Below, in pieces: positions 39,263 to 53,747 of a stretch of 64,000 nt of DNA. This DNA comes from Octopus sinensis (taxonomy: Eukaryota). Each line of letters starts with the position of its first letter. The first letter of the stretch is position 1. Under the pieces are notes generated by a model. That model was given only the letters and a program-made list of their open reading frames with translations. It was not told where the DNA came from and did no database searches. The position numbers and the translations under genes were made by a program. Location: contig NC_043000.1 in NCBI RefSeq assembly GCF_006345805.1, forward strand, positions 57,784,001-57,848,000, written 5' to 3'.

Positions 39263-41336
39263 AAAACAAAAAAACAAGTTATCTGTCTTGAGACACAAGA
39301 CCCTCTACATGGTCATGCAATCTGTCAGATTAGCAGGTGGGTACCAAATCACTCCCTATCTTAAAAAAGGAAGAACATGTTAGATAATGGCATTTTAGAT
39401 ATGCACATGCATAAAATAGTCATTGCTGGAATGTTTTTGATCATAAGTCTGTTGTTCAATCAGGATGGGCCTTGGGCTAAACAGTGACAAGAAAAGCAAA
39501 TTACCAGTCAAGTAACTAAAACAATATGCCTACACAAACATGATTGGGTGAAAAACATTATGAAGAAAGAAGATAAAAATTATCAGAAAATTTAGTTGGT
39601 CATTCTCCAATTCCGATATCTCCAAGACTAATGTTGTTAGCAACTTAGGTATTAATCAACATTCATAGCAGCAGAGCAATGCATTCAAACACTCACATAA
39701 AAATAACTGTAAAGAAACTGATCTTGTCATTCTTTTAAGACAGGAAACATGACTGAAGGATCAATCAAATCAAAAGTAATATTTATATAATAGAAGAAAT
39801 GAAAAATATCTTGTGAAAAGTTAAGTGTTTCTGCTATAATACAGACTGCATAATAGTATACAAAATATAGTTTATTTTACAAATATTGTTTCTTTTTCCA
39901 CAGCAGCTGGTTTAACTATCAACAATCTATCACCTGATGCTAAAAAGAGCACATTGTTAGTTTCACTGGAGCAACCTCCTAGCAGTATATAGGTGTGCAG
40001 ATTAATAAACAGCTGACAAATTGAAAGAGTACCAATCCTGCATCCTTAGCATTTTTCTATGATGTTGAAGGCTGACAGACATATGAAAGATCATGACTAA
40101 AGTGCACTTGAAAGCCTCCACCTTCTCTGTCAATGGCACATTCTAGAGTTACATGAATTAGTAGGATCTTTCAGCATACATCTTGGACGTATTTACCATT
40201 CTATAAGGAGAATCTATTGTGGGTTTCCTATAAACAGGCCTTTCTGCTTATATGCTGCTCAAAATTGATGTGAGAAGGTGTGACATTAATAGTGATATAG
40301 ACAGTTGATGGCAATAGAAGGACAAACACTGATGCAAAAGGATAGAGATGGTCAAAATAGGCAGAGAAAACAAGAGAAGGAGAAAGAGTCAATTGACAAG
40401 GAAAATAAACATACTTAAGGAAACAAAGTCAGTAAAATCAAGCACCATCATGAGCTGTTTTATACAGGTATCAAAAAAACAACTGCTGCAACAGTCTAGG
40501 ATAGCAGAGTCACTTTTAGAGAAGTTCATTTTACTAGATGTAACACCCACTGAACTACTAATATATTCTGAGTTAGATGATGGCAGCTGTGTAAATTAAT
40601 CAACTTGTAACAGTTTTCTGAAGAAGAAATGCAATGGAAATGTAGCATTATGAAGAAAACTAAGACCCGGAGAGTACAGTACTTTGGTCAAGGGGATAGT
40701 ATACATACTTTGATAAGCTTTCTTGGGATGTTCTGAGTACAGCAGCTAAACTATCATTAAACCTTTTTAGTTTTATAGAAGACATAATACCATAGAGAGG
40801 TTTGGAATTCACAGTAAAATGAGAGTTGATGATTAAATATATTTTATGAGTTTCTGGACAGTATAATTGATATTAGCATTCAGAACATTCAATAGAGAAC
40901 AAAGAGGAAACATCTGTAATTGAAAGTGATACAAAAACTACAAAAACACAGAAACAGAAGTTATCTAATCCTCTGTGTATTCTGTATATTAATTCTATTT
41001 CAAGAATGTCAGAAAATTTGTTTAGTTAGATTACATATAATTGCACTATTATTGTACTGTTATAGTGACTGACAATAAATGCACTCTGTTACAATTATGT
41101 GAGGTTAGCAACCATATTGTGTGAAGAACAGAATCTCAAGAGTAGAAGGCTAATAATGTTCAGTAGTGTACAAAATCTTTTGTCAGTTTCCACATAACAA
41201 AACATATAGAAAACAAATTTTGATTTCCATGATATATTATCATTTTTCTAATTACATTTTATCTACCACTTTTGCAACAAGAAAATACATCAATTAACCT
41301 TAATGGAAAAGAAAAGAAAAAGAAAAGTAAAGAAAT

Positions 41337-41734
41337 AGGCGCAGGAGTGGCTGTGTGGTAAGTAGCTTGCTTAACAACCACATGGTTCCAGGTTCAGTCC
41401 CACTGCGTGGCATCTTGGGCAAGTGTCTTCTGCTATAGCCTCGGGCCGACCAATGCCTTGTGAGCGGATTTGGTATACGGAAACTGAAAGAAGCCTGTCG
41501 TATATGTATTTGTATGTATGTTTGTGTGTGTGTGTTTGTCCCCCTAGCATTGCTTGACAACCGATGCTGGTGTGTTTACGTCCCCGTCACTTAGCAGTTA
41601 GGCAAAAGAGACCGATAGAATAAGTACTGGGCTTACAAAGAATAAGTCCCGGGGTCGATTTGCTCGACTAAAGGCGGTGCTCCAGCATGGCCGCAGTCAA
41701 ATGACTGAAACAGGTAAAAGAGTAAAAGAGTAAA
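41337..41734 (+). mobile_element. Full-length, young tRNA-derived SINE
   Basis: A-box-like TGGCTGTGTGG and B-box-like GGTTCAGTCC; (TG)n core; tail aaagagtaaaagagtaaa. Confidence 0.95.
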
Positions 41735-42294
41735 CAAACATTGAACTTGACACGAAAGTGGGACAATTCAGAAAAATAATTGCCTTAATCAAATAAGTAT
41801 GGAAATTACATGAATTCTTATTGACAAACTTCATAGAATTGTGATAATATCCATTTTTCAGTACTGGTGAGAAAAAAAACTCCATGAATCTCACAAATTC
41901 TCATTCCTTTCTTATCATGCAATAAAATATCTGAAACCTCAAGTGCATATGTAAACAATACATAAAATGTCTATTAGGCATGAATAATTATTAATTTACA
42001 GAAAAAATTAAGTGAAGTTGCATGGCTTAATGGTTACGATATTGTGGTTTCAATTCCTGGGTCAGGAAATGTGTTGTGTTCTTGAGGAAAATACTTCATT
42101 TCATGTTGCTCCAGTTCCCTGAGCTGGCAAAAATGAGTAATCCTGTGACAGAGTGGTATCATGTCCAGGTGGGGAATATATACACCACAGAAACTGGGAA
42201 ACCAGCTCTATGAATCTATATGACTTGGGAAAGATCTTTATCCCTCTTCATTTTTTTTTCATCCTGGAATAAATTATAGTCCTTGTCTTTTTCC

Positions 42295-42790
42295 TAAGAA
42301 CAAGCTCCTATATCTAGCATTTTTTGATTCTGGAGAAGGCTTTTGACAGGGTGCCACACTCAATGGTCTGACAGTCACTAACAAAACTATATGGAGATGA
42401 ATGACCAGAGTTCTGTGCATACCATGCAAAGAAATGTTAACAAGATGTAATTTAACAAGTTCAGTAGTGAATTTAACCTGCAAGTAGGTGGCAATAGGGC
42501 TTAATTCTCAGTACCCTCCTGCTTATTATAGTTCTCCAGATCATAATAGAGGTGTTTAAGAGTACCTGTCTATGAGAATTTCTGCATGCTGATGACCTAA
42601 TTTTCACGGTGCATTTGTAAAAGATTTAGAGAAATTTCAAATATGAAAGCAAAACCTAAAACCAAGAGGTCTTACATTACAACTAACAAAGACAAATATT
42701 CTAGTCAACAGGAAAGAAGACAAAATTTTGTTACCATCTGAAATGTTGCCATACTATATGCAGAAAAGGAGCATGTAGGAATGCTATATG
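42295..42790 (+). mobile_element. Decayed RTE-like LINE reverse transcriptase fragment
   Basis: LYLAFFD/LEKAFDRVPH (42307-42358) and LHADDL (42583-42600), with frameshifts and stops. Confidence 0.8.
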
Positions 42791-43094
42791 GTCTATCCAC
42801 ATTAAACTTAGGGTGCAGAAGAGATGCAGTAGCAAAGAAGCTGATAGAGGAGAAACTTCATATATAATATAAGGACAAAAGCAGTTAGCAGCAAGAGCAC
42901 TGATGAAATAAATTTCTTCAAATGCTCAGAGGACTCACCAGAAATAATTGATAGTTTATTTACCTTGGTGACATAAATAGGTTGGAAAAGTTTCATGCTC
43001 ATCAAAGATATGTTTTTTCTCAGGTGAAGGTCAACATGCATGATGCTTGTATATGAAGTACAGCACTGTTAAGGAGCAAAACATGAGTACTGGA

Positions 43095-43635
43095 TGTAGA
43101 GGATGTAAGGTGGAAAACCTCATGAGAAGTCCCAAGGCTTCCATGAAAATTAAAAGAAAGATCTTCAGCAAGTACATCCTGCCAGTGATGATTTATAGCA
43201 GTGAAACATGGGCTCTCAACACTACCATCATGAATGTCCTCATTGCAGCCTAACCGAAAATGGAACAAATCATGTTTGGCATTACATTGTGGGACAAGAA
43301 AACCAATGTTCGCATTTGACAGCACATAAAAGTCAACAACATCATAAGAACCATCAAAGAGGATAAATATAGATGAGCTGGCTACATCATGTGACTGAAG
43401 GACAACAGATAGACAATCAGGGTGATGAAATGCTCACCAAGAGAATGGACAAAATCAAGAGGTTGACACCAAAGACAAGATGGTGAGATGATCTCATCCG
43501 CTACCTGGAGCCTACATGGTCATGACTGGCCAGAGACAGCCAGTGGCAGAAGGAGTTTGGAGAGGGGCTTCTCCTTCAGGAATTATGAATTCTTGGATAT
43601 TATTACTATTATTATTATCATTATTATTATTACCT
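43095..43635 (+). mobile_element. 3' end of an RTE-like LINE with (TTA)n tail
   Basis: KRKIFSKYILPVMIYSSETWAL...IMFGITLWDKKTN...KDNR*T...PREWTKSRG...RW*DDL, then a (TTA)n tract at ~43598-43632. Confidence 0.85.
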
Positions 43636-44587
43636 GTTTTGATAAATGATTTATTAAAACATGTATTTTTATTTGATTTTTGCCCAACTCAGTGGTAATT
43701 GTTAGGTGCTTTTTTAAAAAAAAAAATGCTTTTAAATGTTTTCAGAGGTCAAAGTAAAGTTGAAAAAGACATAACTTGGAATGATTTAAGATGAGGTATG
43801 CATGTATTCTGATTGATGCTATTTGACTTAATCACCATCCTTTTCGTACTAAGATAGAAATAAATTACAGAAGTTGTTGATATCAGTTATTTTTAAATAT
43901 GCTCATTTTTTATTACTACTGGTGTATAATAAAATATGTCTATTCAATGATTCTCATCACTACTTCAATAAATACAGTGATGTCTATACTTGGTTGAGGC
44001 AGTCTAATTACACCGAAACGTATCCAGAGTTGTCTCCCATACTTGCTAAAATGATTGAAATAATATTTACTCGCTGAACCAATGTTGACTTTTCCTTACC
44101 ACATAAACATTTCTAAGTAGTTTTTTTTGACTGCTCACTGCATTGCGTATGTTAACACCAACTTAAATACTAAGGTATAATCTATAAGCAGAAAAAGAAA
44201 ATAATAATAAAAGGAAATGTTTAGATGTATGACTTGATACAAGTCAAAAGCTCATTGCATGTCACAAGCACTTACAGAGTAGGAACAGTTTTATGTCAAA
44301 AACAGTAGCAATAACTGCAGACAGCAAATTGTCAGAACTGTTAGAACATCAAACAAAATACTCTGAATTATTTATTTATGGCCTTTTATGTTTTGAACTG
44401 CCTTTTATCCTTCCAGAGGTCAATAAATAAGTAGCAGTCAAGAACTGGGTTGATACAAACAACCTGTTCTCCACCCCCCCGTTATGACATTGTGCCTGTG
44501 TTTCATTATCTGCCTTGCTTAATTCAGTTTCCTCCTATGGGTTTAGGCAGAGATGGAATGGCCTTGGCAAGTTAACATGGTTTAGAT

Positions 44588-44809
44588 CAATGTTCCTTTG
44601 ATTATTATTTTACTTGGATGTACTGTTCAAACCATATGATGTCTAAAAATTATATTATACGTTTATAACATTATTAGGAATTGTATTAAGAAATTATTAA
44701 AATATTTCGTGTATTGTAGAAGTATAACTAATTTATTGCAGATAAATTTTAACAACAAAATTTTATATGAACCCCTAAGGGTCATATGGACCGCGTTTGA
44801 CAACCACTG
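44588..44809. mobile_element. Probable decayed hAT (Charlie-like) MITE
   Basis: Right end ...tttgacaaccactg. Flanks gtttagat (44580-44587) and ctttagat (44810-44817) match 7/8. Left TIR is degenerate. Confidence 0.5.
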
Positions 44810-45089
44810 CTTTAGATACGCTCTCTGAACGATGCCATTACAAATCTCCTATAAAATGGATAATGAGAGTTACTGTCTATTTTTGTAAAAATAGGTATAT
44901 TGAAATGTAATAAAGATAATATTAAATTAATGAAATATTAAGTAAGAGTATAAAAACTAGTGTTACGGTAAATGGTAATGAATAAGTTTACATATTGTGT
45001 AAATTTGTGAAAACAAATAGGTGATAAAATGTATTTTTTGTTTGAAAATGATTTTTTCTTAAGTTATTTTTAACAAGATCACCACATAA

Positions 45090-45126
<37 letters not shown>

Positions 45127-46668
45127 TAAGATTTTTATCACCCTAAGGTTAAATATCATAAGAGAAGATGAATTACAAGAATTTAAGCAATCAAGTGGTG
45201 GTCTCTATTCTCAAGAGTCAATAGAGTAATGGCAAAAATACCATGTTTTGTTTTAAACATAAGTGTACTCAAATATGGAACTTAGCAAGCAAAATTGTTG
45301 GTAGCCGTATACTGATTTTGGCATTCACAACTACATGGCTATTTGGCTATTTTTCAAAAAAGTAATACAAAATAAATTAACTAATAAAAATAATATATCT
45401 GAGTCATTAGTTTATTTCTATATTTTAGTAATCCTCTCAAATTCACATTTTCAATATTTTCTACTGAATTATGATTTCTCCATACTATTTGTTGGCTTAG
45501 ATATTATTTTAATTTCGTTTCATTTTGAAATTAAGCAGCACAGATGTTTTTGTCTATCATATGTCCTTTACATAACTAATCTTAGGTCAGATCAATAACT
45601 TGATTAGTTATCTCCATCAAAGTTAAATCCTTAAATGAAGATAGAATACTGGCTCAACATCAATCAATGTTATCCTCCAAGAGACAAGCTGAATAATGTG
45701 TTTTGCAGTGCACTGTAGTGTGCCTGTAGTTTATTACATGTTTATATCATATGTCAGTCTTTATTGCATTCTGTCATATTTCTAATTTTCAGATGGCTGT
45801 TATATTGGTTACTAATAGTAGTGTTCCAGACTAGATGTTTTATGGTATGTTGTTACAGCCTTTGTAAATAGTAAGTAATAACGACAAATAGCTGTTATCA
45901 GTCATTAGGTATGTAATAGTAAATACTTGGTACATAAAACAATAGTGATAAATTGAAAATCAGTCTCTAAATGCATTGTAAAATAACCAGAAGCTCAAAT
46001 GGAAGATAAACTATTTGTTGCTATATTGCTACTAAATGATAAATCTAAATTGGTTTATCTGATTTACACAAGCTCCTAATAACAATACCTATATCTACAA
46101 CATGTCTGTGGGTAGTTATATGGAGATACTGAATTGCTGATTAAAACCTGACATCAGATTGATACTGGTTTAATTGTTTCACCATATTTTGTAGGTATTC
46201 TGTCAAATATTGTAGCACCAAAACAAAACACTGTTTAAAGCATTAATACATTATTAATCAAAACATCTATTATACATATTACTATACATATGTTGGTGTT
46301 TTAAGTCTTTATGTGATCTATCATGTTTAGTACTTTAGTATTCAAGTGATTATGAAGCTAATGATTTATTTTATTAATATTAAACTACTGGTTTATGAAG
46401 CACATATGTATGTGCTAATGATAGACCTAACGATAGACATTAGTTACTTCAATCCTCTTACAAAACTAGATATTGAGTGTAGAATATAGCTATACTTCCC
46501 ATTTCAAAGTCAATTTTAGACCAATAATACTGTATAGAACATAACAGAAATTTGTCATGGAACAAGGCATGCTGATATTAGTCCAGACCAGAAGCTCAAA
46601 TCCTCTCACAGACAATAAGGGAACCATATTATTCTAGAAGACTCAAGTTAAACATATATATATATATA

Positions 46669-46862
46669 GGGAGAGTTCACGAAAAAAACAAAAGACGAAG
46701 ACAGGTGGTGTAGAAAACAAACAGATGTATTAGTATAATGCTAAGGAATTGAAAAAGTCTTTTACGTTTCGAGCCTATGCTCTTCTACAGAAAGGGACAC
46801 AGAAAAAAACAAGGAGAGAAAAAAATGTGTGTAGTAGTGGCTACTGATCTATCATGGTGACT
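46669..46862 (-). mobile_element. Solo copy of the Penelope terminal unit, flanked by (TA)n
   Basis: Reverse complement is colinear with 14160-14360 (cagtcac...ctttctgtagaagagcataggctcgaaacgtaaaagac...cctgtcttcgtcttttgtttt). Confidence 0.85.
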
Positions 46863-48756
46863 GATATATATATATATATAAATAAATAAATAAATAAATT
46901 AAATGTACTTTCAATTTTATGATCCAAGGGTTAGTATCGAGAAGACTATGCTGTTCTAAAATACAATGAAGAAACATCTGTATCAGTAAATCTATCATAA
47001 ACTATACTGACAGCAGAGAAAATATCATGACAAAATGAAAGCATAAGAAAATTAACTTTATATGCCAAAGCTGCTAGTTTTAAAAAAGTGGATAAATAAA
47101 AGGTTCATAAATCAATGCCTAGAAACAAAAATCAAAATAAACCTTTTTGCAAACAATTGTAACTTAATAATTTTCTTTTTGTCTTTTATGCGCTTAAAAC
47201 TTTCCTCCCTTTTTCTACATTTGGAAAGCAATAAAAAACAAAAAACAAACAAAAACAAAAGAACCCCCCCACCAAAAAAAAAACAAACAAACAAAATACA
47301 AAAACAAATTAAATATTGTCTGTAGATATAAAAGTGAATTGATTTGTATATTCTAATGTTGAGCATGCACGAAGACAAGAAAATAATTTATGTTACATCT
47401 TTTCTATAACGGAAAGAATGAACAAATACACCATATCCCGCTGACTTAGTAGAGAATTTATGGCAACAAACCAACAAGGGAGTCTCTACATGCTACAAAT
47501 AGAAGCTAAATATTCTTCAAATCATACTTATTGTTTTTAAAAGAGAAGGAATAAAAGACAGCAATGGTCACAGCTGGAATGCCTTTGATCATAGGTCTGC
47601 TTGGTTGAAGCTGATATGAAGCTTAACAACAACATCAACAACAAAAACAACACAGTTAAGGCTAACTTCTATGTTATTCAGATATACTGATAGATTCATT
47701 TTGAAAGGCAACAGAATAAAAATATATGATAAAAATAATTTGTAGTATTGTTAATACAACAATTTAATAGAAGATAGTGAGTGATAAATTAATTTCACTG
47801 TAAAGATTTTTTATCTTGAAAAATAGAAGGAAAAAAAGGGGAAGAAAGAAAAACAAACATATATCTCTGTGTGTATGCCTTTGTGTCACATATCTATGTG
47901 TGTGTGTGCCTTTGCACCCCATCACCATTTGACAACTGGCGTTGGGGTGTTTATGTCCCTGTAATTTAGTGGTTTGGCAAAAGAGACTGATAGAATAAGT
48001 ACAAGGCTTAGAAGAAAAAATAAGTACTGGGGTTGATTTGTTTGACTAAAACTCTTCAAGGCAGTGCTCCAGCATGGCCACATTCAAATGACTGAAACAA
48101 GTAAGAGTATAAAAGAATGAAAACAAACTAAAAAAAGCAACAATAACTTTAATGCCTCAGCTTTTCACCACAGACTCAACTTATAGTAATTAGCTACCTG
48201 TCTTTGAATTACATGAACATCTATTTCAGTTGTAAATAATGTTTAAACAGGAGCAATTCATGGGGAATTGTGAATGAGAGGCAATTTAACTGAATTTAAT
48301 TCTTACAGATATTATAGGCTCACATTTTATAAAATTCTCTTAAAAAACGATTTTAATTCAGCTTAAAGCTATAAGATTGTTAAGGGTATTAATGAGGCAG
48401 CTTTTGCTTCTGCTATTGATGAGTATGACAACCATGGAAATTAGACAATTCTGTTTTTGTAACAACAAAATTTTCATCTAACAAATTCATTCTAACGAAC
48501 AAATTCCATTGCAGCCAATTAAAGCAACAAAATCAAATGTTTCACGCATGCACACATACACACACATGCACGCACGCACATGCAGAAACATGTATAAGGA
48601 TATATATTGTTAATTATTCAGGGATTCATGAATGAACAATTGGTGACAGAATTACTCTTAAATATTCTGTGAAATGTATCCATGGTGTTTATTTTCTACA
48701 GAGATTATTTCTCAATTCAAATGGGTGTGTTTTAAGATTTTAAGAGAGTATAACAA

Positions 48757-49161
48757 TTACTCTTTTACTCTATTACTTGTGTCAGTCATTTGACTGCGGC
48801 CATGCTGGAGCACCGCCTTTAGTCGAGCAAATCGACCCCAGGACTTATTCTTTGTAAGCCCAGTACTTATTCTATCGGTCTCTTTTGCTGAACTGCTAAG
48901 TGACGGGGATGTAAACACACCAGCATCGGTTGTCAAGCAATGCTAGGGGGACAAACACAGACACACAAACATACACACACACATATACATACATATATAC
49001 GACGGGCTTCTTTCAGTTTCCGTCTACCAAATCCACTCACAAGGCTTTGGTTGGCCCGAGGCTATAGTAGAAGACACTTGCCCAAGATGCCACGCAGTGG
49101 GACTGAACGGAACCATGTGGTTGTTAAGCAAGCTACTTACCACACAGCCACTCCTGCACCT
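48757..49161 (-). mobile_element. Full-length, young tRNA-derived SINE
   Basis: Highly similar to 22051-22465 and to the reverse complement of 41337-41734. Confidence 0.95.
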
Positions 49162-50126
49162 ATGTACAGAAAATTTATCAACTTATCACAGAAAAATTAC
49201 AGCAATGTTTTGTTGTTGTTTTTTCACCATCTATACTATAATAGCATACATACTACAAGGCAAAATGTTCAAACTGATTGAAAAGATATGTGTATATTTT
49301 TTGTTTTTTCACCACAAGCTGATAAAATGCTCATTGATTATTGCATTGGGTAGCCATTCCACATGTTCCAATCAACACAATCTGAGCAAAAACAGTGTCC
49401 TTGTTTACCAGTTTCTACTAAGCAAAAAGTCCCATACCTTTAGCTTTTGATATTTGAGGTCTAGTGGAATGAGGATGGGTGGGTGAGATATATGCCTTAT
49501 TTGGAAATCAGGTAAGGGTTGATGATTGGAAGAACATCTGACTAGAAAATCTGAACTCTACTAAAAGTTTTATACAACCCATGCCAACATGGTAAAAGCC
49601 AAATAAATGGATATTTGTACACACACACACACATACAAAAGGGTTATGATATAGATTTATGTTCTTATAGACAGAAAGCAGGATTCATCTTTGCAGTTTC
49701 AGATTTTGCTATATCTTACAGAATTATTATTAATTTTTTATTCATGGAATTATAGTAGCTCTATAATATATTACAAATTCTGACAAAATTAAATTGGTTT
49801 GTTTAACACATACACACACACACATGCATTTAAAACAAACTTATTTAGTTCTGGCACTAGCAACTTAAATTAATTATTAGGATTCTTTTAAAAGTAAGGT
49901 AAGTATTTTCAGCAAGGATACAATTGAGCCATGCTCTGAAAAGTAAACAAAGTTTGATTAATTCCTATAGTCTGTGTCTACCCTATTATGCAAATCAGAC
50001 ACACCAGTTTACTTATTTTAAATAGCTGCAAGATACTATTCTCTCAGTGAATAGAGAGAAAATGGCTAAATGTTCCCTGACGAGTTAGTACAACATGAAA
50101 CTAGTCAGACTGATAAAGTTATCACC

Positions 50127-50168
<42 letters not shown>

Positions 50169-50313
50169 ATATATTATATATATATATATATATGTTATGT
50201 ATTATATATATGTATCATATATAGATATTATATATATTATGTATATATATTTTAAGGTAGTACTCCAGCATGGCTGCAGTTAAAATGACTGAAACAAGTA
50301 AAATAATATAATA

Positions 50314-52372
50314 CAGATCAACCTCGGTTCTCGACCATTATTTGTTCTGGAAGTCTGTTCTAAAACCGAATTGTTTGAGGACTGAATCGTTTTTTCCCAT
50401 TACAATTAATGTAAAAGAGGTTAATTAATTTCCAAGCACCCGATGAATGCTTATTTAAATGCTTACACTATATAGTTTAGTATAAAAACGTTTATTCAAA
50501 CTGTAAATAACACACTAAAGTGTTTTTATTTCTTGGAAAGGGGAAGTCCCCTTCCATAAAAACTTCTGGTAACTGTCTTTTGGGGGCTTCTTCCCTTCTC
50601 TGTCTCTTTGGCTGAGGTAAATCTTTCTCTGGGGTTTCTTTTTTTTTTTCTTTCAGTAAAAACCTGTCCAATGTTAGTTGTTTTTGCTTGTGCTGTAAAA
50701 TTTTTCTAAAATGAAATGTAGCATTGTCATTGAAAAGGTTTACTGTTCTATTTGTTACCATGGTATCAGGGTGATATTTTTCCACAAAACTTTGCACATC
50801 ATGCCATTTAACACAAATTTCTTTGATTAAAGAACTTGGGGCATCCTCCTTTCTTTCCTCCCCTTCAGAAGTCATTTCCTCAGCCAAAGTCTTTTGCTGT
50901 TCATTTTGAAGGTGTACAAGCTCTTTGGTGGTAAGCTCAGAATGGTGGTCTTCCATTAGCTCTTCAATATCTTCATTGTTGACATCCAAGCCCATAGTTT
51001 TTCCCATAGAGACAATATCATTAACAATAGCAATTTCTTCAACAGCAGCAGTACTTGTAACTGTCTCAAACCCCTCAAAGTCTCATTCTGGTACAGTTTG
51101 GCCAAATTTTCCTCCTTGCTAAATTCATGGTTCTGTAACTCACTTGGTTCCATGCATTATCAATAAGATTAACACAATTCAGGATATTAAAATGATTTTT
51201 CCAAAATTCTCTGGGAATTAACTGAGTGTCATTAGTGACGTGAAAGTACTTTCGAAACAGAGCTTTTGTGTAAAGTTCTTTAAAGTTTACAATGACCTGT
51301 TGGCCCATTGGTATTATTAGAGGAGTTGTGTTAGGTGGCAGGTATTTGACCTGAATAAAATCAAACTCTTCAACTAAGTCATACTCCTGGAGGGTGAGCA
51401 GGAGCATTGTCTAACACGAGAAGGCATTTTAGTGGCAAGCTCTTTTTTGCAGATATTTTTTAACACTCTGGGCAAAAATTTCATGAATCCATTCAATAAA
51501 AAATTGTCTGGTTACCCAAGCCTTTGTATTAGCCCACCACATAACAGGCAATTTATTCTTCATAACATTGTTTCTTTTGAAAACCCTTAGATTATCGGAA
51601 TGGTAAACAAGCAATGGCTTGACCTTGAAATCACCACTTGTGTTGCCGCATAGCAAAAGAGTGAGTTTATTTTTCATTGGCTTGTGCCCTGGCAACACTC
51701 TTTTCTCCTTGGTAAAAGAGGTCCTATTTGGCATTCGTTTCCAAAATAATCCTGTTTCATCCTCATTGAAAACCTGTTGGGGGAAATAACCCCCTTCCTT
51801 TATCAAGTCACTAAATTCAGTCGCAAATTTCTCACCCACTTTCTTGTTTGAACTTGCAGCCTCTTTATAAAAATAAGCAACATCTTTTCCACTTCTTTGA
51901 GTATCTTTGGTCTTTGCTTATTAATAACAGTCACTCCTTTTGCAACATCAGCTGCTTTTATTACCTCCTTATTTTTTAGAATAGTATATATTGTCGATTT
52001 AGGCATACTGTACTGCACAGCATGATCTGACACACGAATGCCATTTTCATGTTTTGTGATGATTTCTTTCTTTACATCAATTGTTTTCCTCTCAACTTTT
52101 CTTTTTCCTTTACCAGTATCACTGCTAGCTTTCTTTGGGGCCATGACTAAGGGCTAATGAAGAGAAAAAAAAGCACAGTACAATAAAAGTGGAAAAGAAA
52201 AGTACAGCACAACACACGAATGTATACAACATGGCAGTCAACTCAGAAATGATTCCGTTCGGGTTAACTTAGTTTGGCTTGGTTTGGCAATGTTGTTTGG
52301 GAACCGAAATTTTATTCGATAACCGAGGCATTTTCATCTCGAATTTTCTGTTCAAAAACAGAGGTTGCTCTG
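50314..52372 (-). mobile_element. Tigger/pogo DNA transposon, TIR-bounded, with disrupted transposase
   Basis: TA|CAGATCAACCTCGGTTCTCGAC vs TA|CAGAGCAACCTCTGTTTTTGAA (17/22). ORF pieces: HTH-psq (KRKVERKTIDVKKEII), VFNEDETGLFWKRMP, CLLVLDNAPAHP, LPPNTTPLIIPMGQQVI and an acidic C-terminus. Confidence 0.95.
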
Positions 52373-53703
52373 TATATATTATATATATTCTATTCTTTTA
52401 TTCTTTTACTTGCTTCAGTCATTTGACTGCAGCCATCCTGGAGCACTGTGTTTAGTCAAAAAAATCAACCCCAGGATTCATTTTTTCTAAGCTTAGTACT
52501 TATTCTATCAGTCTCTTTTGCTGAACTGCTATGGGGATGTAAATGCACCAACATTTTCCATCTCTATCATTTGTTACATACTCAGTGAACACTGAGAAAT
52601 TCCAGAGGCAGATCCAGTGACAATTGAGTAAATACCGTGGATGACATCAAGTAGCCATAAGCAGTGAATGTGCTTCATCAGCTAAATACTAGGAACGTAC
52701 CCAATATTTAAATAATTACTTTCAATATATATATATATATACAAACATACATACATACATACATATATATATGTATATATATATATATTTAAACAATCAA
52801 CAGTTGCTTCTAACTTAAGCATCTTAAATATTCTCTTAAGTATCCAAGCTTAGGCAAATTCATTTGTCCAGATAATGACTTTTACATGCTTTGAATTACT
52901 CAAGGAGAACAATTAAGGCCATGCAAAATTAGAAAAAAATTGCTTGAGTCAATCAGAAGTTAATGTAATCGATAATAAAAACAGCATAGTAACATTCATT
53001 TACTACTTGATTAAAAAGTATTGAAAAAATACTGACATTTACATCTACAGTTGGATAGTCAGTGAAATGGTGGGAATAACTTGAATATATTCAAGTGAAT
53101 TGATTCACTTGACACTAGTTTTCTGGAAACATGAAAATCTGGTTATGGTCATTTTATGCTAGATTACATTACACAAGTTCAAAAAAAATTATATACCATT
53201 CCTTAAAATTGATGCTATTTGCATACACCAATACTTGATGGCAACCTGTTTTCAAAAGATCTCTTTATTCTTGGTGTGAGCAAGACACTTTCTACAGTGC
53301 TGGGGCTATAATAAAATGCACCCAACTGTAAATTGGTTGGTGTTAGGAAGGACATTCAGGTGCAGAAACCATGTCAAAATCAAGGTATCGTAGCACCGTC
53401 TAAACCCATGCCAGTAGGTAAAGCAGATGTAAAATGGTGATAGTTATGTGTTGTGTGTGTGTGTGTGTGTATGTGTGTGTAAGAGAGAGAGAGAGAATTC
53501 AGTTTCTCAATATACTGACTCACATAGTGAGTGTGTGAATAATGTTTTTCTGTTTTCCTAAACCTTAAATTTTTGGCAGCAAATATCAGTTCAATGAAAC
53601 AAACATCGTATCATCTACACTCCCAAAGGCTTTAGAAAATACATTTGGTTTCATCTTATTTTTTTAATCATAATTTTATGAATTATTTATTTACTACCTG
53701 TCA

Positions 53704-53747
<44 letters not shown>

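Noticed and set aside
41337-41410. tRNA-like A/B boxes
   Set aside because: This is a SINE head, not a tRNA gene: no cloverleaf or acceptor stem, and it continues into the SINE body.
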